A DNA stretch of 64,000 nucleotides from an uncultured Syntrophaceae bacterium (GCA_964628025.1 CAZVLL010000005.1:68729-132728), one strand, 5' to 3'. Positions 36,589-45,682 are shown, counted from the first letter of the stretch. Notes: a model not told the origin generated them from the sequence alone. Made by a program: numbers and translations.

Positions 36589-37398
36589 ATGGCCATGGCA
36601 ATTCTGACCATTTCAAGGGAATTCAGGAGCGGCGGACAGGAAATCGGAACGGCCGTGGCCGAACGCCTCGGATACGATTACGTGGGCAAAGAGCGGATCA
36701 TTGCGGACCTCAAGAAACAGGGAAAGCGCTGGATTGAACTGCTCAACGAGGTAGATGAGGATCGCCCGACCCTCTGGGACATGTTCGACTGGGAATACCA
36801 GGGTCTCATGGCGTTGATGGAATCCTACATCTACGACCGCGCCATGGATGACCGTGCTGTTCTCGTCGGCCGCGGTGCAAATTTTCTTCTCGAGGGAATC
36901 TCCCATGGGTTGCGTGTACGTCTTACGGCCCCCATCGAGCAGCGAATCGATCGGGTCATGCGCAAGGACAACCTGGACCGCAAAAATGCCCTGCTGCTCA
37001 TCAAGAAAATGGACGGCGACCGGACTTCCTTCATCCGTGCGAATTTCCACCGCGACTGGTACGACCTCACGGCCTATGACATGATCTTCAACACAGCTGT
37101 CCAATCCTATGAGGAAATCTCGGACATCGTCTGCAACGCACTCAAGGAAAAGGCAGGGAAGCTCACCCTGGAGGGATGGGAACTGTTGCGCGGGCGCATG
37201 CTTGCGGCTCGCATCAAGGCTCATATCGCCATGAATCCCAGGATCAGGATTCCGACGCTCAAGGTTTTTTTCGACGGCAAGGCCATCATTCTCCAGGGAG
37301 TGGTCCGCCGGATAAAGGACCTGCAGCCTGTCGGCGAAATCGTAACGGTCTCGGCACAGGGAATGCCGGTCAGGAACGAATTCCGCTACGGGATATAG
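36589..37398 (+). CDS. cytidylate kinase-like family protein
   Basis: The track ORF 36169..37398 overlaps terC. I trimmed it to ATG 36589/36595 (MAMAILTISREFRSGGQEIG..VAERLGYDY), the typical N-terminus of the Cytidylate_kin2-like family. Confidence 0.7.
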   Translation: MAMAILTISREFRSGGQEIGTAVAERLGYDYVGKERIIADLKKQGKRWIELLNEVDEDRPTLWDMFDWEYQGLMALMESYIYDRAMDDRAVLVGRGANFLLEGISHGLRVRLTAPIEQRIDRVMRKDNLDRKNALLLIKKMDGDRTSFIRANFHRDWYDLTAYDMIFNTAVQSYEEISDIVCNALKEKAGKLTLEGWELLRGRMLAARIKAHIAMNPRIRIPTLKVFFDGKAIILQGVVRRIKDLQPVGEIVTVSAQGMPVRNEFRYGI

Positions 37399-37433
37399 CA
37401 CCGAGGGCCGGGGGTCAGGGGGGAAAAACGAAT

Positions 37434-37468
37434 GAAAAAAAGGCGCCGCAATTGCGGCGCCTTTTTGT
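37434..37468. terminator. bidirectional intrinsic terminator (convergent genes)
   Basis: A-run, perfect palindrome GGCGCCGCAATTGCGGCGCC, T-run. Confidence 0.75.
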
Positions 37469-37483
37469 TTCAGATTGTCCGTC

Positions 37484-38896
37484 TTACTTCATGGGCGCTA
37501 TATACGGAATGGTCAGTGCAAAGTACCAGCACAGGAAAAAGACAAGCGGGATGTGAATGAGCATCTGCAAAACAGAATAGCCGACGAGATCCCTTGCCTT
37601 CATGTGCAGAATCCCCAGGAGCGGAAGCATCCAGAAGGGGTTGAGCAGGTTCGGAAGCGCCTCTGCGGCGTTGTAGATCTGGACGACCCATCCGAGGTTC
37701 ACCCCGTGCTGCACGGCCGCCGTGAGGACGTAGGGAGCCTCGATGACCCACTTGCTTCCGCCGGAAGGGATGAAGACCCCGAGGACGGCAGAGTAAAGGG
37801 CCACCAGCAGCGAGTAGGTCTCTTTCGTCGTGATGGCAACAAAGAGATCCGCCAGCCACTTGTTGATCCCCGTGCCAACGATCATGCCGAAGATCACGGC
37901 GTAGAAGGGAAATTGGATGAGCACGCCACCCGTGGCCGGCACGGATTGCGCCACGGCCTTGAGGAACCGCTTGGGCCGCCAGTGCAGCAGCATGCCCACG
38001 GTGATGAAGATCAGGTTGTAGTTGTTGAGATCCAGCGCCGCGATGGGCCCCCGGGGTTCCTTCTGGAAGAAATCGAAGAGATACCAGGCAAGAATACCGC
38101 CCACAAGAACGATTAGGGCAGGGCTGTACTCGAGCCACTCGCCGGGCTTCTGCCGGGGCTCAAGGCTCGTGTCGATGGGATCAAATTTCAAGCCGTAGTC
38201 CTCGACCGTTTTTGCCCGCTCGGGCTTGGGAGCTGAGAAGTAAGCGATGACGACGGAAACAACGATCAGGGCAACGGCGGTCCAGAATGTCGGCCAGATA
38301 AAGAGGGTCTGAGTCAGGGGGATGAGTCCGCTGATTTCATAGAGCTTGGGCGGAATCGATCCCTTGGTGGCCATCATGAGGGCGGCTGAGGATGAAAGGC
38401 CCAGCGCCCAGACGGCGCCCAGCCCCAGGTAGGCGGCCGCACCGGCTGCGCGGAAATCCATGCCCTTGATAGTGCGCGACATCTCGCGGACGAGAAGTCC
38501 GCTGAAGATGAGGCTCAAGCCCCACGAGATGAGCGAAGTAATCATGGAGAAAAAAGCAATCCATGCGATCGCCGCCCTGGGATTCGTGGTGATGCCGGCC
38601 ACCTTCCTGATGACCCAGTAAACGGCCGGGGTGGTTGCCACGACATAGCCACCGATGATGATCAATGCCATTTGCATCGTGAAGGGAATGAGAATCCAGA
38701 AGGACTTTCCTCCCTCCCAGACCAGCTTCTGGGGGCTTTCCCCGATGAGAAGACCGAATACAAAGACAAAGACGATGCCGATCAAAGCAAATACCCAGGC
38801 ATCGGGAAACCACTTTTCGCTCCAAGCGGCCAGCCAGAGGCCGAAACGCTCTAGGGCATTTTCCCCCTGCTCAGCTTTTTTGATGTTCTCTGCCAT
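37484..38896 (-). CDS. atoE: short-chain fatty acid transporter (AtoE family)
   Basis: 470 aa, polytopic. The N-terminus ...LERFGLWLAAWSEKWFPDAWVFALI... and overall pattern match my recollection of the AtoE/TIGR00366 family. AAAGGAGGGG RBS. Confidence 0.8.
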   Translation of the reverse strand: MAENIKKAEQGENALERFGLWLAAWSEKWFPDAWVFALIGIVFVFVFGLLIGESPQKLVWEGGKSFWILIPFTMQMALIIIGGYVVATTPAVYWVIRKVAGITTNPRAAIAWIAFFSMITSLISWGLSLIFSGLLVREMSRTIKGMDFRAAGAAAYLGLGAVWALGLSSSAALMMATKGSIPPKLYEISGLIPLTQTLFIWPTFWTAVALIVVSVVIAYFSAPKPERAKTVEDYGLKFDPIDTSLEPRQKPGEWLEYSPALIVLVGGILAWYLFDFFQKEPRGPIAALDLNNYNLIFITVGMLLHWRPKRFLKAVAQSVPATGGVLIQFPFYAVIFGMIVGTGINKWLADLFVAITTKETYSLLVALYSAVLGVFIPSGGSKWVIEAPYVLTAAVQHGVNLGWVVQIYNAAEALPNLLNPFWMLPLLGILHMKARDLVGYSVLQMLIHIPLVFFLCWYFALTIPYIAPMK

Positions 38897-39155
38897 GCTT
38901 TTCTACCCCTCCTTTCGTTAGAATCGTTCATGCATCCCGACACGGAAGCGCAGCTGCATACGATCGCCTTGCAAATCGAATCGACACGGGCACAGCGCCG
39001 CCCCCACCTGATTAATTGTGTTGATCAACTCTCCGGGCACCTTATCGTTCCGCAGGGTATGAGGACAAAGAGAAATAATTCTTCGCCCGACAAGAAATCT
39101 GATAATTATAAACGGACTTGATACGGCCCCTATCCGCGATCACCCCCTTCCCCGG

Positions 39156-39199
39156 AAAAAAACAAAAAAAACCCCGTTCACAGGACCGTAAACGGGGTT
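39156..39199 (-). terminator. intrinsic terminator ending the sigma54 transcript, about 270 bp upstream of the atoE start
   Basis: AACCCCGTT/AACGGGGTT 9-bp stem, followed on the minus strand by U6-G-U7. Confidence 0.7.
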
Positions 39200-39453
39200 A
39201 TGTATCTTGTCCATCTCATGGTTGCAACACCACGGCAGGTGACTTCTGTTTTTATTTTCTTCTCATTCCAGCATGCCTATAACAGATTGATGATGTTTAT
39301 TCAATAGGATTGACAATTTTCCCTTTTGAAAGGGCATCGGTGGATGGAAAGGAGGGACCAAAACCATCCACCGATTAACCGCTTTCGAAAGGGGCGCCGG
39401 GAAACTTGGGGGTCTGCCAGGGTCTTTCTAATTTCCGTGAGCGCCACTAGTGC
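39163..39453 (-). ncRNA. candidate sigma54-dependent sRNA 2, or a terminator-containing leader of atoE (about 290 nt)
   Basis: Sigma54 promoter at 39479..39464 with predicted start about 39453, conserved hairpin at 39375..39336, terminator at 39199..39156. No credible ORF. Confidence 0.45.
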
Positions 39454-39463
39454 TCTCAAAGTT

Positions 39464-39479
39464 AGCAATAACGATGCCA
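39464..39479 (-). promoter_or_regulatory. sigma54 (-24/-12) promoter, TGGCATCGTTATTGCT
   Basis: The minus strand reads TGGCAT-N5-TTGCT. Paralogous to 28682..28697. Confidence 0.6.
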
Positions 39480-39615
39480 CAAAATCAGACCTCGACGAAA
39501 AAGTGATGGGCGTGAAGAAACAAATTTAATTGTTTAATTCAGAGCACTTGGAAAAATATTCATTGTGCCGGATCGGGGGAACAAAACGCTACGCTCGGAA
39601 CCGGATCCGGCAAAT

Positions 39616-39632
39616 TGTGCGATAAAAGCACA
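39616..39632. promoter_or_regulatory. candidate enhancer (UAS) site TGTGC-N7-GCACA
   Basis: TGTGCGATAAAAGCACA, about 137 bp upstream of the -24 element. It differs from 28847..28863 at one spacer base. Extra half-sites are GCAC at 39544..39547 and TGTGC at 39564..39568. Confidence 0.5.
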
Positions 39633-39793
39633 AATAGCGTTCAAATACCGCGAGCATACAGTGGACGGGGGCTTCACGGCTGTGCGAATATCGAACCTTT
39701 AGTGCTCCGCACGCACATTCAGGCCGTCCTTTCCCTCTTGACTCCGATCCTCAACAGAAATTCTCGCTTTTCGCGAGATAACATGTTTTCACC

Positions 39794-39822
39794 TTGACAG
39801 AACGGCGGCATTTGTGTATAGG
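39794..39822 (+). promoter_or_regulatory. candidate sigma70-type promoter for the acyl-CoA dehydrogenase gene (TTGACA-N17-TATAGG)
   Basis: Sequence match only. It would give a leader of about 200 nt. Confidence 0.35.
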
Positions 39823-40033
39823 TTGCGCGATTTGTTGGATTGCTCAAATGACCTCCGTGGCGCGCTTGAGAGTCCCTTCCCCACCGTTCTTTCGTCTTTC
39901 GCCACGCCTGAGACAGACAGAGAGAGGATCACCCCGGGCGAGTTGCATCATGAGGCTCACGCTATGCGCTAGCACAGGAAACATCCGTAATTCGCGCTTT
40001 GGGGCCAAATTTTAGAAAGGGAGGTAGTTGGTT

Positions 40034-41224
40034 ATGGCGTTGAATTTCAATTTCACAGATGAACAGAAGATGCTCGAGGACAGCGTTTATAAGTGGGCGC
40101 TTGCCTGGCTCGAGCCCCAGATGGAGCATGCTTACGAACTGGACGTGATGCCTGAGGGTCTTTTCAAGCAGACAGGCGACCTGGGCATCAACGGTATCGT
40201 GTTCGAGGAGAAGTACGGCGGAACCGCCATGGGCTACATAGAAACCCTGCTGGCCTATGAGACGATCGCCCGCGTGAGCAATGCCCTGTCCATGACCGTC
40301 GGCGCAAGCCAGACGTTGTGCTTCGACAACTTCCGCCGCAATGCGACGGAAGCGCAGAAACTGGAGATCCTCCCCAAGTCCTGCACCGGCGAGTTCATTG
40401 GCTGCCTCGGCATCACCGAGCCCAACGCCGGCTCCGATGCCATGAGCATGGCGACCAAGGCCGTCAAGAAGGGCGACAAGTGGATCATCAACGGCAGCAA
40501 GATCTTCATCACCAACGGTCCGCTCGCCGACTTCATGGTGTTCTACGCCAAGACGGACCCCGAGAAGGGCCCCCACGGCATCTCCACCTTCATGTGCTAC
40601 CCCAAGAAACAGAAGGGCTGGTCCTGCGAGAAGATCAAGAAGTGGGGCATGAGAACCTCTCCCACGGGTCTCGTGACCTTTGAAGACATGGAGGTTCCCG
40701 AAGAGTACCTCATCGGCGGCCTGAACAAGGGCGTCGCCGTTCTGACCTCCGGCCTCTGCACCGAGCGCATCACGTTGTCCGGCTGCACCCTCGGATCAAT
40801 GAGAAGCTGCCTCGAGCTCTCCCTGAAGTACTCCCAGGAGAGAGTCCAGTTCGGCAAGCCGATTGCCTCCTTCCAGTCGATCCAGGAAAAGCTCGCCAAC
40901 ATGTACTGCGGCTACAAGGCCTCCCGCTGGATGGCTTACAGCGCCGCCGCCTACTGCGACACGCTGTCGAACAAGTCCGGCGGCAAGGGTACGGACCTCG
41001 ACCGTATGGCCGCGGCCTCCCTGCTGTATTGCGGCGAGATGGGAACCAAGATCGGTCTGGATGCGGTCCAGATCCACGGCGGTTACGGCTACTGCACCGA
41101 GTACGGTGTGACCCGGCACTTCCTGGATCAGAAGCTGTGGGAAATCGGCGCCGGCACCTCCGAAATCCGCCGCATGATCATCGCCCGCGAGCTGATGAGA
41201 GACAACTTCAAGAGCGGCCTGTAA
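40034..41224 (+). CDS. acyl-CoA dehydrogenase
   Basis: The track starts at TTG 40028; ATG 40034 follows AAAGGGAGG. ACAD pattern: GCLGITEPNAGSD, WIINGSKIFITNG, and the C-terminal QIHGGYGY...WEIGAGTSEI. Confidence 0.9.
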   Translation: MALNFNFTDEQKMLEDSVYKWALAWLEPQMEHAYELDVMPEGLFKQTGDLGINGIVFEEKYGGTAMGYIETLLAYETIARVSNALSMTVGASQTLCFDNFRRNATEAQKLEILPKSCTGEFIGCLGITEPNAGSDAMSMATKAVKKGDKWIINGSKIFITNGPLADFMVFYAKTDPEKGPHGISTFMCYPKKQKGWSCEKIKKWGMRTSPTGLVTFEDMEVPEEYLIGGLNKGVAVLTSGLCTERITLSGCTLGSMRSCLELSLKYSQERVQFGKPIASFQSIQEKLANMYCGYKASRWMAYSAAAYCDTLSNKSGGKGTDLDRMAAASLLYCGEMGTKIGLDAVQIHGGYGYCTEYGVTRHFLDQKLWEIGAGTSEIRRMIIARELMRDNFKSGL

Positions 41225-41251
41225 TCGTTCAGTGCCGAGCGCAATTCACGG

Positions 41252-41289
41252 GAGCCGTGGTTCGTAAAGAGCCACGGCTCTTTTCTTTT
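41252..41289 (+). terminator. intrinsic terminator after the acyl-CoA dehydrogenase gene
   Basis: GAGCCGTGG/CCACGGCTC stem followed by TTTTCTTTT. Confidence 0.65.
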
Positions 41290-41366
41290 GCCGATCGACG
41301 TTTGACATTCCCCGGCCCCTTTGGTAAGGTACGGCCCGATGCTGCTGCCGGCGGGAGGTTTCTCTC

Positions 41367-43007
41367 ATGGTTCCACGGACGTTGCGCCTCACGGTCATGA
41401 CTGCGACCCTGGTGGGGCTTGCCTTTCTCGCGATCCCGCCCCTTTCGCTTTCTCAAGAGGATACGGCGCATCTCGTCTTGCGGAAAAAAGCAGCGGCCAC
41501 GGAAAGCCCCTCTATCTATGTTGTGCAGAAAGGGGACAATCTTTCGACCATCATCCGGCGAAAAATGGGGAAGCCTGCGGAGTTCACCTCGGTATACCGG
41601 CTTGTAAAAAAACTCAACCCTCAGATTCGTGATGTCAATGTCATCTACCCGGGTCAAAAAATCGTTTTGCCCCAACTTTCTGCAGCGCCCGATTCTCCTC
41701 ATTACACAGTAAACAAAGGAGACACCCTTTCCGCAATTCTCCGCAATCGCCTCGGCATTGCCCCTGGCGATATCGCAAGATGGGTCGGGATCGTGAAACA
41801 GCTCAACCCGGGACTCGGAGACCCGAACAAAATTTATCCCGGCCAGACCTTGATTCTGACGGACAAGAAGTTCGCCGATTCTCTTCCCGTCGATCAGGGT
41901 GTAGAGTCGGCCCCGGCGGGTGTGGCACCAATCGACGCAGGAATCTTCCGACCCTCCGAGCGCGATTTCGACATCATCTCGGCCGTGGTTAAGCAAGCCG
42001 GCGGGACACTGATTCGGAAAGGGAAATATTTTATCCCGCTCAGTGAGAACGAGCACCTGGCCGTTGACTGCACCGATATCCCCATGGTGGAGCTCTTTGA
42101 CGGCAGCCGGATCTTCTTGGATTACGGGCACCGGGTTCCTGATGAGACGACGATGCTCATGCGGTCACGATGGAAAAACGTCACCGTGATCACCCAGGGG
42201 GGGGACGCGGGAGTCTTTTCCGCTCTGACAGCCATTTTCAACGCATCGAGGGACTTCACGTTCCGTCGGCACGACGGATATCTGGACATGGAAGCGACGC
42301 CGGCACTGAAACTCCGGGTGGACTGGATCCTTGCCCGAAAGGGAGCAGAAGGACAGGAACGGTATCTTCTGGGAATCTGTCACACGGCCGGCCCATCCCA
42401 GACTCTTCCGGAACCCATCGCCCGGTTCGCCGAAAAGAAAGGTTATCCCGTGATCGAAATCGACGAAAAGAGCGGAGACGTAAGGGAGAGACAGGCCCTT
42501 CCCTCCGCTTCCGATATCCCGACTCTCGAACCAGGCGGCAATCGGACTTTTGTCGGATCGCTTCTTGACGCACTGGGCTATCCCTACACGACCGATCAGC
42601 GGATCCCCGTGGTCGATGCCACAAGCCAGGGAACCCCGCTCGTGATACGGACCGATTACTCCGTGAAAATCGGCACCCGGACGGTGCTCATTCACTTCGG
42701 AGATCTGCCGGCCTCGTTTCAGGCCACGCTACAGGAACAAGGGATGGGCCTCGTCCAGATAGCAGGCGACGAGGAGAAAAAAGTGATTCTCGAAAAAGTT
42801 CTCAAGGGGATCGATATCCCTTATCTGCAAGAATACAGCGAATTCAAACCGCCCGAGGACGGCAACCCGTCTCGATGGATCCTGACGCTCGGCGCGATGC
42901 GGCTCACATCGGAAAAAGGAGCGATCTACCTTGTTCCTGCCGACGCGGACCGGGATCTCTGTGCGTTTATCCACGAACACTGGAACCGCCGGATCATCCG
43001 CTACTGA
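41367..43007 (+). CDS. secreted protein with two LysM domains and a C-terminal region of about 350 aa that I could not assign
   Basis: Signal peptide. Two LysM-like units (YVVQKGDNLSTII...IYPGQKIVLP and YTVNKGDTLSAIL...IYPGQTLIL). GGGAGG RBS. Confidence 0.75.
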   Translation: MVPRTLRLTVMTATLVGLAFLAIPPLSLSQEDTAHLVLRKKAAATESPSIYVVQKGDNLSTIIRRKMGKPAEFTSVYRLVKKLNPQIRDVNVIYPGQKIVLPQLSAAPDSPHYTVNKGDTLSAILRNRLGIAPGDIARWVGIVKQLNPGLGDPNKIYPGQTLILTDKKFADSLPVDQGVESAPAGVAPIDAGIFRPSERDFDIISAVVKQAGGTLIRKGKYFIPLSENEHLAVDCTDIPMVELFDGSRIFLDYGHRVPDETTMLMRSRWKNVTVITQGGDAGVFSALTAIFNASRDFTFRRHDGYLDMEATPALKLRVDWILARKGAEGQERYLLGICHTAGPSQTLPEPIARFAEKKGYPVIEIDEKSGDVRERQALPSASDIPTLEPGGNRTFVGSLLDALGYPYTTDQRIPVVDATSQGTPLVIRTDYSVKIGTRTVLIHFGDLPASFQATLQEQGMGLVQIAGDEEKKVILEKVLKGIDIPYLQEYSEFKPPEDGNPSRWILTLGAMRLTSEKGAIYLVPADADRDLCAFIHEHWNRRIIRY

Positions 43008-43075
43008 CCTCTGCCGGAAAGACCGAAGTAAAAAGGCACAACGATCGGAGAAAAACGCTCATCATCCCGTCGCGC

Positions 43076-44068
43076 ATGGAATCAAAAAAAGCCGTCAAGG
43101 CCCTTTCTCTTTTTTCAGGTGGACTCGACAGCATCGTTTCGGTCAAGCTGATCCAGGAACAGGGCATCGAAGTTCTGGGACTCACCTTCCGCACACCGTT
43201 CTTCGGAGACGAGAAACCGAAGGCGGCAGCCTCCATGATCAGCCTCCCCCTCCTCGTCCTCGATATCACCGACGAGCACCTTGTCATCGTGAAAGCCCCG
43301 CGGTACGGCTACGGCAAGAACATGAACCCCTGCATCGATTGCCATGCCCTGATGCTCAGGATCGCAGGGGAAAAAATGGAGGAGATGGAATATGATTTCC
43401 TCTTCACCGGTGAGGTCCTGGGGCAAAGGCCCATGTCGCAGAGCCGCCAGATGCTTCACGTCGTGGCGAAGAACTCAGGCTTCGCAGACCGTATTCTCCG
43501 TCCGCTGTCAGCCAGGCTCCTGCCCGAAACCCTTCCGGAGAAGGAAGGCAAGGTGGACAGGGCGCGGCTCCTCGACATCTCGGGCCGGGGCCGGAAAAGG
43601 CAGATGGAAATGGCTGCGAGGTACGGAATCACAGAATATTCCAACCCGGCAGGGGGGTGCCTGCTCACGGACCCCATGTTTTCCAAGCGTCTCAAGGATC
43701 TCTTCGTCAGCCGCTCCGATTTCACGATTCGGGATCTCGAACTCCTGAAAGTGGGAAGGCACATTCGACTCCAGGAAGGATACAAGGTCATCGTCGGGAG
43801 AAACAAAAAAGACAACCAGTCGCTGGAGCCCCTCGTCGAAGACGGGGATGCCGTTTTCCAGATGAGGGACTTCCCGGGCCCGCTCTGCATGTTGCCCGGA
43901 GGCGGTCCGGAGGAAATGGAGCGGGAGGCAGCGGCCATCTGCGCCGCCTACGGAGATGCCCCGAAAGACGCAGGCGAAGTGACCGTGAAGTGCCGGCAGG
44001 GTGGCAACACGCGGTTGATCGTGACGAAACCGGCAAACAGGGAAGACCTGCAGACAAAGATGATCTGA
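43076..44068 (+). CDS. PP-loop ATP pyrophosphatase family protein (ThiI/MnmA-like tRNA thiolase fold)
   Basis: The track ORF 42875..44068 overlaps the LysM gene. I trimmed it to ATG 43076 (MESKKAVKALSLFSGGLDS, an SGGxDS PP-loop). A CIDCH motif is present. Confidence 0.7.
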   Translation: MESKKAVKALSLFSGGLDSIVSVKLIQEQGIEVLGLTFRTPFFGDEKPKAAASMISLPLLVLDITDEHLVIVKAPRYGYGKNMNPCIDCHALMLRIAGEKMEEMEYDFLFTGEVLGQRPMSQSRQMLHVVAKNSGFADRILRPLSARLLPETLPEKEGKVDRARLLDISGRGRKRQMEMAARYGITEYSNPAGGCLLTDPMFSKRLKDLFVSRSDFTIRDLELLKVGRHIRLQEGYKVIVGRNKKDNQSLEPLVEDGDAVFQMRDFPGPLCMLPGGGPEEMEREAAAICAAYGDAPKDAGEVTVKCRQGGNTRLIVTKPANREDLQTKMI

Positions 44069-44076
44069 CGGGAGCG

Positions 44077-44157
44077 CAGGACCGAGGATCGAGGCGTAAG
44101 GTTCGAGGTTTTTCTTGTGCCTCGGTCCTCGTCCCTCGTCCCTCGAATTTTTTTATG
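44077..44157. repeat. CGAGG/CCTCG palindromic intergenic repeat, copy 3 (doubles as a terminator)
   Basis: CAGGACCGAGGATCGAGGCGTAAGGTTCGAGG-TTTTTCTTGTG-CCTCGGTCCTCGTCCCTCGTCCCTCGAA-T7. GGACCGAGG (44079..44087) pairs with CCTCGGTCC (44120..44128). Confidence 0.7.
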
Positions 44158-45682
44158 GCTGATGCGTCGGCCGCAGCAGGTCCTCTACGGTTTTCACGGG
44201 GTTGAAGGTCTCGACGGGCACCTCGACAAAAACGGTGTGCCAGAAGGCCATGGCCCCGTTCCACAGGCCGGGAAGCTCGAGAGCCTTGATCTCGCCGCCC
44301 TCGTGTGACTTCGTCGACACGAAGACCTGCTCGCCATCGACAAACCGTTCGAGGTCGAATTTCCTGCCTCGGAAATCCCGGACGCCACAGACGAGATCAA
44401 CAGGGTTGAAGTGGGTCGACGAAGCCCAGACGACCGCCTGGTTTCCCTTCGCCTTGTCCACCTGGGTTTCCTCGACAATCTGCAGGGAGAATCCCCCGTT
44501 CTGCCCGACCACCCAGAAAGGCCCGCCCCCCGGCTCCCCCTCGTTCTTCACCATCCCGCAGACGCGAAGAGGCCGGTCCAGCTGCTTCATCAGGATCTGT
44601 CTTCTCGCTTCGCGCTGTGCTTCCTCAAATCCGGGCGGCAACGTGCAGAGGAGCTGTTCCCTGGCAAAACGGCAAGCCCCGGCGAGCAGTTCTTCCTCAA
44701 CGGCCGGATCCGACAACGCCTGCACGTAGCGGAAAAGCTCTCCCTGCAGCCTGACCAGGTACCCACCGAGAACCTTCTTGTAGAGGACGGTTGCGTCCAT
44801 GAGGCGATCCGGGACGATGTTGTCGATGTTCTTGAGGAAGACAAGGTCCCCGTCGATACCGTCCAGGTTGTAGAGCAGGGCGCCGTGGCCGCCGGGCCTG
44901 AAGAGAAGCCTCCCGTCCCGGGCACGGAAGGGACGGTCTTCAAGGTCCACGGCGATCGTATCCGTCGCTGCACTCTGAACGGAAAATCCTGTGTCGTAGT
45001 GCACACCGAAGCGTTGCTCGTAGAAACCGGCCACCCTATTCAGAAGCTCTTTCACCGGCACCAGATGCTCCTCGGAAACGGTGAAATGGATCCGGCACAG
45101 ACCGGCCCCGTCCCGCACGTAAAGGGCGGCCTCCACAAGATGTTCCTCCAGGGCCGTCCGCGCCGTGTCTCCATACCGATGGAACTTCAGCAGGGCCTTG
45201 GGCTTGCATGCATAGCTGAGTCCTTTTTCATTAAGAATGAAGTCGAGAATTTCCAAGCTTCTGCCGGAGGCTACAAGCTCCCCGAGATCCAGGCCGGATC
45301 CGGACAGGGCGGTACGCAGGTCCGCAACGAAGGCATAACGGGACAGACTCCTCGTGAAGGTCTCGAAATCCTCGCGGTGCTTGAAGCCGCCCTCGTAGAA
45401 GACACTCTGCCAATTCCTGAACATGCGGGTGGCGGCACCGGACGCAGGGACGAACTTCAGGAAGCGGCCGGCGAGGGCTGCCTCATCGTGGAAAGCAACG
45501 AGCGTTCTCTGCTCTTCGGTGCTGATCCTCACGATCCCGTCACCCACCGTCGCCGGCCGGTCAAGGGTCACGGCGGTTGCGCCCCGCCGGAACACAGCGA
45601 GCTGCTGCAGGATTTTGTCTTCGGCGATCCCTCTCCTGCGGAGGTCCAGGATATCCGATGCGCTCAGCATGTTCTCAGTCAT
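44153..45682 (-). CDS. DUF4301-like protein (fold possibly related to nucleotide-sugar pyrophosphorylases)
   Basis: The track starts at TTG 45724; I prefer ATG 45682 (GGAG-rich upstream). LKFVPASGAATRMF and the length of about 510 aa fit my recollection of DUF4301. Function unknown. Confidence 0.55.
   Translation of the reverse strand: MTENMLSASDILDLRRRGIAEDKILQQLAVFRRGATAVTLDRPATVGDGIVRISTEEQRTLVAFHDEAALAGRFLKFVPASGAATRMFRNWQSVFYEGGFKHREDFETFTRSLSRYAFVADLRTALSGSGLDLGELVASGRSLEILDFILNEKGLSYACKPKALLKFHRYGDTARTALEEHLVEAALYVRDGAGLCRIHFTVSEEHLVPVKELLNRVAGFYEQRFGVHYDTGFSVQSAATDTIAVDLEDRPFRARDGRLLFRPGGHGALLYNLDGIDGDLVFLKNIDNIVPDRLMDATVLYKKVLGGYLVRLQGELFRYVQALSDPAVEEELLAGACRFAREQLLCTLPPGFEEAQREARRQILMKQLDRPLRVCGMVKNEGEPGGGPFWVVGQNGGFSLQIVEETQVDKAKGNQAVVWASSTHFNPVDLVCGVRDFRGRKFDLERFVDGEQVFVSTKSHEGGEIKALELPGLWNGAMAFWHTVFVEVPVETFNPVKTVEDLLRPTHQP

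Noticed and set aside
39336-39375. Alternative reading of the conserved hairpin on the plus strand as an SD (AAGGAGG) sequestered in a loop, such as an RNA thermometer or translational operator
   Set aside because: No start codon or conserved ORF follows the loop on the plus strand at either locus. Both loci have a sigma54 promoter and a terminator oriented for minus-strand transcription.
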